64,000 bases of DNA from Marinicella sp. GTDB lineage: Bacteria; Pseudomonadota; Gammaproteobacteria; Xanthomonadales; Marinicellaceae. The position numbers and the translations under genes are program-made. Positions 57,075-64,000 of this stretch are shown piece after piece. The first letter of the stretch is position 1, and every line of letters begins with the position of its first letter. The DNA lies in the NCBI GenBank assembly GCA_965230295.1, contig OZ246001.1:1440001-1504000 (forward strand), given 5' to 3'. A model generated the notes under the pieces. It saw nothing but the letters and a program-made list of their open reading frames with translations, did no database searches and had not been told where the DNA came from.

Positions 57075-57420
57075 TAGGAAAGCTCTTGGGGCTTCATTCT
57101 GGTTCATGGTCTGACAGGTCTTCATATTTGCTGCGCAAATAAACCGACCTTTACAGACTATTGTCTGAGCAGTTGCTTCGCACTGCATGTCTGTTCCAGA
57201 CAAAAGTGAAAGCGACCACTGCGAGCATGACATTCTATTTCGCGCTTTTCGCCTCTGATTGGCCTACATGGATGTAGGTCTGCCGCGATAGCAGGGAGCG
57301 ATAGCGGCCGCTATAACAATAGCTCACGGCTTATCACTCATTTCATCAAGGCTTATTGACTTCGTCAAACCGCCATGATTACATGTTTGGCCTAACCGGC
57401 TCGGCGTGTCAACCTGCTCA
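57075..57420. repeat. Structured non-coding repeat, copy 2 (inverted relative to 17760-18168)
   Basis: 126-bp core 124/126 identical to copy 1; shares the CCTACATCCATGTAGG and CGGTTAGGC motifs. Confidence 0.9.
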
Positions 57421-57453
57421 GCTAGTTTTCAATGTGAAACTGTGTTGAAGTTA

Positions 57454-58350
57454 CTACTTTAAGCTTGCCAACATAGAGCCAATAACAATCAACACCACAC
57501 CCATGTAACCAACTGTTTGAATGGTCTCCGATGCCAACAAATGTGGAAACAGATAAGCAAATGCATTGATAAAGAATAACGTGATGACTGGTGTCAGTGC
57601 CAACACCATGCCCACCCTTGATGCATTCCAATGATTCAATGCTTCGGCAAATGCGCCGTAGGCAATCACCGTATTGATACAGGCATAAGCAATGGCCCAC
57701 CACTGGATGGGTGTGATGTTGTGGTATTGGCTGAAGTCACTCCAAAAAAACAGCACGATTGAAGCAAAGACATAGATAAACAACAATATGCTTTGTGAAG
57801 ACAAGACCCTGGCTAGTTTCTTCTGAATCAGTGCATAAATGGCCCATGTCAATGCCGCAATGAACATCACCCATATGCCCATCGTGTAATCACTGTTGAT
57901 GATCTGTTGAATTTGATCTTTGAAAAACAAACCCAACCCAATGAGGATACTCATGGCACCAGTCATTTGCATGCGGCTGAATGATTCTTTGAAAATCAGC
58001 ACCCCGCCCAAAGACATCAGCAAGGGCGCCATCTGGATAAAAACCTGGGCATTGGCAGGCGAAGTCATGTCCATACCAATCAGAAAAAAGACATAATTGG
58101 CTATCAGCATCATGGCTGCCATACCCAACCACAACCATTGTTTGGTATTCAGTTTTTTGAACTCTGACAGTTTGTTTCGACTCAATAAAATGACAAAAAC
58201 TACCAAGCCTGCGGTTAAAAAACGAAACCATGTCAGGGTCATGGCATCGGTGGCTGCCAAGCTGATTTTCAGGGCAATGGGTAAAGTGCTCCAAAACAAC
58301 ACCGTGATCAGCGATAAGATCAAGCCTTTGGTCCAGCTTTCATCAGTCAT
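57454..58350 (-). CDS. DMT/EamA family transporter
   Basis: About 10 TM segments; WSTLPIALK and NTVIAYGAFAEALNHW. Confidence 0.88.
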   Translation of the reverse strand: MTDESWTKGLILSLITVLFWSTLPIALKISLAATDAMTLTWFRFLTAGLVVFVILLSRNKLSEFKKLNTKQWLWLGMAAMMLIANYVFFLIGMDMTSPANAQVFIQMAPLLMSLGGVLIFKESFSRMQMTGAMSILIGLGLFFKDQIQQIINSDYTMGIWVMFIAALTWAIYALIQKKLARVLSSQSILLFIYVFASIVLFFWSDFSQYHNITPIQWWAIAYACINTVIAYGAFAEALNHWNASRVGMVLALTPVITLFFINAFAYLFPHLLASETIQTVGYMGVVLIVIGSMLASLK

Positions 58351-58494
58351 AACAACACCTTGATAGCAGCCCTCATCAAGGGCACAGAGATAAAGGCGCT
58401 ATTTAACTGCATTTTTAACAACGATGATATGAAAAACTCATAATAAATTGGACTAAGTGAATAGGTCTCGGTTGGGGTATTGGGCGGGTATGCG

Positions 58495-58531
58495 ATTCAG
58501 CTTTTATTCAGCCAATCGGCTGTAGTATAGT
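58495..58531 (+). promoter_or_regulatory. Putative PhoP-type box and -10 element
   Basis: ATTCAG-N5-ATTCAG direct repeat (58495-58511) and TATAGT at 58526-58531. Confidence 0.45.
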
Positions 58532-58558
58532 GGTGTTATGAAAAACAGTGTGACCAAC

Positions 58559-59785
58559 ATGAAATTATTGATACCATTTTTGACCCTGTTCTTGGCCTCT
58601 TGTAGCGTTCACAATCATCGCTACGATGCCGAGGAAGATGTTTATTATCAAGATGATTATTATGCCTATGATAATTATGACCCTTATTATGGGTATGGAT
58701 CAGGAACATACAGCACAACAGGTAATGGTGTTTATTACAACAACTACAACTATTATCCAGATCGATGGGGCATCACCTACAGCAATGTCTATTACAGCCC
58801 TTATCGTTATCCGCGGGTGGGTTTTTACTTTTCTTCAGCCTACAATTGTGGCTACTCTTACTGGTCTAACTGGTGCTCGCCAAGTTATTGGTCACCTCAT
58901 CATTATGGACGCAGCTATTATGGCTGGGCGTCCTGGGGCTTTGGTTTAGGTTACAGTAGCATTTACTATGATAACTACTGGTGGTACAACCATTGGCGCA
59001 ATCGCACTTATAACCACCACAGACCCACTCAACGTGGTTATTACTCTGCTCGCAATGAAGCCAGGAGGCTGAATAACAACCGCTACAGGAATAACTACAA
59101 AGGCAGCAACCAAAATAGCCGATACAACCGAACAGGCTATAACAGCAACCGAAGTGGGGCAGTCAGCCGTGACCGATCTCGAAGCAACCGATCCATCAGC
59201 AGACCATCGAATCGTTCAGGCAACACAATCAGGTCCACTCGATCGGTACCAAGACAAAGGCAGCAATCTGCAAGCAGCAGACAGAACAGCCGATCATCCA
59301 ACAACCATGTATCTTCCAGAAACCAAGTGGCAGGCCGATCCACCAGTTACGGCTTACAACAGCGAATCAAAGAAGATTACGAGCCACAGCAAAATCGCTA
59401 CCAAAAACCCGCACCTGTGGCCAGGCAAATTTCAGGCAGATCAAACTCTCTCAACACGGGCCGAAATACTTCACAACAAAACACCCGCACAAGGGTAAAA
59501 CCGATGAACAGCCAATCACCGGTTTATCACACCAACACCCAGCCGGTGAATCGGTCACAAAGCAGATCAACAGGTGAGTTAAGGAGGGTACAGCAACATC
59601 GTCCGGCTGTGGCAAACAACAGATCGAGCCATACCAGCTCAAAACCTGTCAACAGATCAAAACCCAGTAACAGCAGAAGCAAACCATCCAACAACCGGTC
59701 CAGCAGTCAATCTAACAAGAGCAGCCGCTCTAATAGCAGCGCCAGATCAAATAGCAACAATAACCGCCGAAACCGATCTCGCTAA
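58559..59785 (+). CDS. Lipoprotein with a Tyr/Trp-rich domain and a long R/S/N-rich disordered tail
   Basis: Lipobox LASC; the aromatic-rich N-half is followed by a low-complexity basic C-half. Confidence 0.8.
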   Translation: MKLLIPFLTLFLASCSVHNHRYDAEEDVYYQDDYYAYDNYDPYYGYGSGTYSTTGNGVYYNNYNYYPDRWGITYSNVYYSPYRYPRVGFYFSSAYNCGYSYWSNWCSPSYWSPHHYGRSYYGWASWGFGLGYSSIYYDNYWWYNHWRNRTYNHHRPTQRGYYSARNEARRLNNNRYRNNYKGSNQNSRYNRTGYNSNRSGAVSRDRSRSNRSISRPSNRSGNTIRSTRSVPRQRQQSASSRQNSRSSNNHVSSRNQVAGRSTSYGLQQRIKEDYEPQQNRYQKPAPVARQISGRSNSLNTGRNTSQQNTRTRVKPMNSQSPVYHTNTQPVNRSQSRSTGELRRVQQHRPAVANNRSSHTSSKPVNRSKPSNSRSKPSNNRSSSQSNKSSRSNSSARSNSNNNRRNRSR

Positions 59786-59912
59786 AAAACTCCATCATTG
59801 ATTGTGCATGAATTAACATACCCGGCCAGCCCGGGTATTTTGCCATCTGGGTATCACAAAACACTTGTCTTTGTTGTAGAATAACAACGTTTTTAATCGG
59901 AACAACTAACAA

Positions 59913-61718
59913 ATGAAAAACTTATTGACCTTGTGTTTATTACTGTCACTGATGGCTTGTCAACACAAAACCATGAACAAACCAGAAACCGAAACCGTCA
60001 CTGTTGCGGATGCGCAGGCCTTTTTGGATAAAGTGGAAGAAACATATATCAAAGATTGGGAGTATGCGGCTAGAATTGCCTGGGTCCAAGCCAACTTCAT
60101 CACAGATGACACCGTCTGGCTGAATGCCAAGAGTACTGAAAAAATCATTGGCTTATCAGTTAAATTTGCCAACGAAGCCAAGAAATTTGATGACCTGGCA
60201 TTGTCCGATGACATGCGACGCCGAATGAATATCATCAAAGGCAGCCTGACATTGGCGGCACCAGATGACGCCAGTAAAAATGCAGAACTGGCACAGATCA
60301 TGGCTGAATTAGATGCCACTTATGGTGCCGGAAAATATTGTGTCGATGATGAATGTCAGAACTTAGGCCAGCTCTCTAGAACCATATTCGAGTCAAAAGA
60401 CCACAATGAATTATTAAAAGCTTGGCAAGGCTGGCGCACCGTTTCACCAAAAATGCGTCCCAAATACCAACGCATGGTTGAGTTGGCCAACGAAGGTGCC
60501 AAAGAATTAGGCTATGATGACACTGGCGCCATGTGGCGCGCTGGGTATGACATGCCTGCCAGTGATTTTCCGGTAGAACTGGACCGATTGTGGTCACAAG
60601 TCAAACCCCTTTACGATTCATTGCAGTGCCATGTGCGCACCAAACTCACCGAACATTATGGCGAAGAAGTGATGGGTGATGATGGCATGATCCCTGCCCA
60701 TTTACTGGGCAACATGTGGGCCCAAGACTGGACCGGTGTGTACGACATGGTCAAACCAGCCGATGCAGGCTCCACCATTGATGTCACTGCACTCCTGGAA
60801 AAGCATGATTACGATGCAGAAAAAATGGTCAAAACAGCAGAAGGCTTTTTCACTTCCTTGGGCTTAGAACCGTTACCTGATACTTTCTGGAAACGTTCGT
60901 TGTTCCTGAAGCCCAAAGACAGGGATGTTCAGTGCCATGCCAGTGCTTGGAATTTAGACAACGTGGATGACATCCGCATCAAAATGTGTATCAAAGAAGA
61001 CTATGAAGATTTTGTCACCATCCACCATGAATTGGGACACAACTTCTACCAACGCGCTTATAATGACAAAAGTATCCTCTACCGCACCGGAGCCAATGAT
61101 GGCTTCCATGAAGCCATTGGTGACACCGTTGCACTTTCTATCACACCTCAATATTTTAAAGACATTGGACTGATTGATGAAGTACCAGCCTCATCTAATG
61201 ATCTCGGTATGCTGATGAAAAAGGCTTTGGAAAAAATTGCCTTTGTGCCATTTGGCTTGATGGTTGATCAATGGCGCTGGAAAGTATTCAATGGTGAGAT
61301 TTCACCAGAGACATACAATGCCGGATGGTGGGAACTGCGTAACAAATACCAAGGTGTGAAAGCACCTGTTGAGCGCACCGAAGACCATTTTGATCCAGGC
61401 GCCAAATACCACATCCCCGGCAACACCCCATACACGCGATATTTCCTGGCCCACATTTTACAATTCCAGTTCCACCGGGAACTGTGTAAAGCTGCAGGCT
61501 ATGAAGGTGATTTACATCGCTGTTCAATTTATAACAACAAAGCCGCTGGTGAGAAGTTGATCAAAGTGCTGAACATGGGTGCTGAACGGCCTTGGCAAGA
61601 TGCCATGGAAGTGGTGGCTAATTCGCGTGAAATGGATGCCACGGCTGTGGTTGATTATTTTGCACCATTGAAAACTTGGTTGGATGAACAAAATCAAGGT
61701 CGCGATTGCGGATGGTAA
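59913..61718 (+). CDS. Peptidase M2 (angiotensin-converting enzyme-like peptidyl-dipeptidase) lipoprotein
   Basis: Lipobox LMAC, PAHLLGNMWAQ, CHASAW, HHELGH, GFHEAIGD and FDPGAKYH. Confidence 0.95.
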   Translation: MKNLLTLCLLLSLMACQHKTMNKPETETVTVADAQAFLDKVEETYIKDWEYAARIAWVQANFITDDTVWLNAKSTEKIIGLSVKFANEAKKFDDLALSDDMRRRMNIIKGSLTLAAPDDASKNAELAQIMAELDATYGAGKYCVDDECQNLGQLSRTIFESKDHNELLKAWQGWRTVSPKMRPKYQRMVELANEGAKELGYDDTGAMWRAGYDMPASDFPVELDRLWSQVKPLYDSLQCHVRTKLTEHYGEEVMGDDGMIPAHLLGNMWAQDWTGVYDMVKPADAGSTIDVTALLEKHDYDAEKMVKTAEGFFTSLGLEPLPDTFWKRSLFLKPKDRDVQCHASAWNLDNVDDIRIKMCIKEDYEDFVTIHHELGHNFYQRAYNDKSILYRTGANDGFHEAIGDTVALSITPQYFKDIGLIDEVPASSNDLGMLMKKALEKIAFVPFGLMVDQWRWKVFNGEISPETYNAGWWELRNKYQGVKAPVERTEDHFDPGAKYHIPGNTPYTRYFLAHILQFQFHRELCKAAGYEGDLHRCSIYNNKAAGEKLIKVLNMGAERPWQDAMEVVANSREMDATAVVDYFAPLKTWLDEQNQGRDCGW

Positions 61719-61739
61719 AAACGAACCATTGTTAAAACG

Positions 61740-61770
61740 AAAAAGCCAACTTTTTAGTTGGCTTTTTTTT
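61740..61770 (+). terminator. Rho-independent terminator
   Basis: AAAAGCCAACT-ttt(t)-AGTTGGCTTTT followed by a T-run. Confidence 0.85.
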
Positions 61771-61877
61771 GCAACAAGAATTAAAACAAAGGTTACATGA
61801 TCGGCCATTGGGTGGAACTTTAAAGCCTGGCTTGCTACCCTTACAGCCCAATTAATTAAAATACAGGAGTCACCATT

Positions 61878-62081
61878 ATGAGCGTAGCTAAAGTAACTGA
61901 AATCATCGCCAGTTCTAAAAAGGGTTTTGATGATGCCATCGAAAATGGTATAGAACGGGCCGCTAAAACCTTAAAAAACGTCAGCGGCGCATGGGTAGAA
62001 AGCCAAAAAGTGGTGGTAGAAGACGGCCAAATTGCTGAATACCGAGTGGCCATGAAAGTCACTTTTGTCCTGAAAGATTGA
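61878..62081 (+). CDS. Dodecin (flavin-binding protein)
   Basis: AGGAG RBS; KVTEIIASS..FDDAIENGIERA..W..EYRVAMKVTF. Confidence 0.92.
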   Translation: MSVAKVTEIIASSKKGFDDAIENGIERAAKTLKNVSGAWVESQKVVVEDGQIAEYRVAMKVTFVLKD

Positions 62082-62098
62082 TTCCAAAATAAAGCCTT

Positions 62099-62130
62099 AA
62101 AAAAACCAGCCTCAAATGGCTGGTTTTTTT
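62099..62130. terminator. Bidirectional Rho-independent terminator
   Basis: AAAAAACCAGC..GCTGGTTTTTT. Confidence 0.85.
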
Positions 62131-62238
62131 GTGCCTAAATGTTAACTTATCAAGTGGAATGACTTGAGAATGTCATGACACAGTGGTTAAATATATGGTT
62201 AAAAATAAAGTCAATAAAATAATAAAAGGAGTTAAAAA

Positions 62239-64000
62239 ATGACTGCATCAACCAACCCTTCTGCCAAACCAAACACCATTCCTAATCGCAAGTCAGCACT
62301 GACAATGGCCATTTCAATGGCATTGGCCACACCAGTTATCAGCCAAGCTGCCACTTTTAATGTCACCCAACCATTCGACAATGGCTCAGGTTCAGAAGCA
62401 GGGTCATTGAGTTGGGCCATCTTGCAAGCCAACACCAACCCCGGGCCAGATCTGATCGAGTTACAAACTGATGTCACCCTGACTGGTGTGATGAAACGTT
62501 TGATCGACTCGGACGTGACCCTATCCAGTGATGGCATCACCCGATCCATCAGTGGGAATGATCAATACCGGCCACTGTTTGTTAAATCAGGCGCTGTCAC
62601 CATGCAACGCATAATCGTCAGCAACTCCCGTGCAGAAGGGGGTGCGACAGGTGGTGGAGGTTCCGGTGCCGGATTGGGAGGCGCTTTGTTCATTTATGAT
62701 GGTCAAGTCAATCTCGACCAAGTTACCATCCAAGATTCTGTATCCATTGGCGGAAACGGGGGCGGCATTGGTTATGGAGGCGGAGGAATTTTTGGCGACC
62801 CAAATTATGGAGGTGGGGGCGGTCTGTTTGCCAATGCGACGAACAGCAATGGTGGCTACGGCGGCTATGGTAACTACCAAAACATCAGCAGTGACTTTGG
62901 TCAGGGCAGTGATTACTCTTACGTTGGGCCTGCCCTCAATGCAGGATTTGGCGGCGGGGGCGGGGGCAGTTACCAAGGCGGTGGTGGTCATGGCGGATTT
63001 GGTGGCGGTGGAGGCTACAGCTACCTTGACAGTGCAGGTGATGGCGGATTTGGCGGTGGCGGGGGCCCTGGCGGTGGCGCACCCGGCTTTGGCGGCGTTT
63101 ATCGATTTGGCGCTGGATTGGGGGGTGGAATCTTCATCCGGAGTGGCGAGCTGGATTTGAACAACGTCACTTTTGAAAACAACAGTACGCTGCGCCAAAC
63201 CCCAGCGGTTGAAGCGCTGGGCGGCGCTTTGTTTGTCATGCACACCTCCAGCAACACCAATGGCAATGACCAAGGAATGCCAGCCCAGCTGCCCAATGTA
63301 ACCGGCTGCGGGGTGAGTTTTATCAACAATTCAGCGGCCAGCAGTCCGGGGACCAGCAACAACAACAATGATTTTTTCGACTTGGCCGATCGAATTGTTC
63401 CTGACAATGGAGTGTCTCTATCAGATCCATGTGTGATTCCAGAAAGAGAGATTGTACTCACCGGCAATGGTGAGAATATCACTGATGGAGATAACACACC
63501 TGACACAGGTGATTTTACAGCTATGGGCAATGCCTTGATCATGGGCCAACCATTGAGTCGTACCTTTGAGATCACCAACATCGGCAACACCCAGCTTGAT
63601 CTGACCGGCAACCCTGTTGTTGAATTACAGAACAACAGTGGACAATTCAGCATCACTTCACAGCCGTTCAGTACAGCTCTCAATAACGGCGACATGACCT
63701 CGTTTGAGGTCACATTCACCCCTGTGGCCGAAGGTCCAGACTCGGCAACAGTGGTGATTCAAAACAATGATTCGGATGAAGCCCCATTTGATTTCAGCGT
63801 TTCCGCCGAAGGGTTTTTAAACACCATTCCCTATTTCGTCACTGAGACAACTGACAATGGAACAGGACTAGAAGAAAACACACTGAGTTGGGCCATATTA
63901 CAGGCCAACAGCAACCCAGGTAGTGACTTGATCGAACTCCAATCAGATGTGACCCTCACTGGAGTGATGAAACGCTTGGTGGATTCAGATGTCACGATTG
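62239..64000 (+). CDS. Large secreted Gly-rich repeat surface protein with a choice-of-anchor D/Ig-like domain (3'-truncated by the window)
   Basis: AAGGAG RBS and ATG 62239; the frame is open to the window end and absent from the track. Contains a signal peptide, LSWAILQAN..DLIELQxDVTLTGVMKRL twice, a Gly-rich tract and TFEITNIGN..FTP..NNDSDE. Confidence 0.9.
   Translation, partial: MTASTNPSAKPNTIPNRKSALTMAISMALATPVISQAATFNVTQPFDNGSGSEAGSLSWAILQANTNPGPDLIELQTDVTLTGVMKRLIDSDVTLSSDGITRSISGNDQYRPLFVKSGAVTMQRIIVSNSRAEGGATGGGGSGAGLGGALFIYDGQVNLDQVTIQDSVSIGGNGGGIGYGGGGIFGDPNYGGGGGLFANATNSNGGYGGYGNYQNISSDFGQGSDYSYVGPALNAGFGGGGGGSYQGGGGHGGFGGGGGYSYLDSAGDGGFGGGGGPGGGAPGFGGVYRFGAGLGGGIFIRSGELDLNNVTFENNSTLRQTPAVEALGGALFVMHTSSNTNGNDQGMPAQLPNVTGCGVSFINNSAASSPGTSNNNNDFFDLADRIVPDNGVSLSDPCVIPEREIVLTGNGENITDGDNTPDTGDFTAMGNALIMGQPLSRTFEITNIGNTQLDLTGNPVVELQNNSGQFSITSQPFSTALNNGDMTSFEVTFTPVAEGPDSATVVIQNNDSDEAPFDFSVSAEGFLNTIPYFVTETTDNGTGLEENTLSWAILQANSNPGSDLIELQSDVTLTGVMKRLVDSDVTI

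Noticed and set aside
62232-63719. ORFs 62232-62549, 62587-63273, 62630-63160 and 63099-63719
   Set aside because: They are shadow frames of the real + strand gene starting at 62239.

Overview
Chromosomal segment of a marine-type gammaproteobacterium. A Marinicella-like or Xanthomonadales-related organism is my inference from gene content, not a search result. No rRNA, tRNA, CRISPR array, integrase or transposase gene is visible. Coding content in order: a BlaI/BlaR1(M56) pair; a secreted-protein gene interrupted by a 267-bp MITE; a hydroxyproline catabolic cluster; IorAB-type molybdoenzyme, PAP2 phosphatase, Cys-rich MarR, PLP decarboxylase, GNAT and VOC genes; a heme-uptake locus with a Fur box; two large secreted proteins sharing a C-terminal WYN..GHG..WYTY domain; folE2, MidA-type methyltransferase, PPTase and PLD; a frameshifted BtuC-like permease; an orphan GspE/PilB ATPase; a MoxR-DUF58-vWA-BatD operon; sufT, gor, ALDH/SDR, an ACE-like M2 peptidase and dodecin; and the 5' part of a large Gly-rich repeat surface protein missed by the ORF track. 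The most notable signals are non-coding: (1) a DARS2-like element with DnaA boxes plus Fis and IHF sites at 30.66-30.88 kb; (2) the TA-targeting MITE, which replaces a signal peptide with its own hydrophobic reading frame; (3) hairpin-rich repeats at 17.8-18.2 kb and 57.1-57.4 kb plus a 105-bp tandem array at 48.8-49.2 kb, all sharing a GCGGTT-hairpin-A(G/T)AAGC motif; (4) a candidate sRNA with an anti-SD loop facing a 16-codon sORF at 53.5-53.9 kb; (5) a TTGTATnATACAA operator that may define a MarR regulon. All product calls come from motif recognition by eye.
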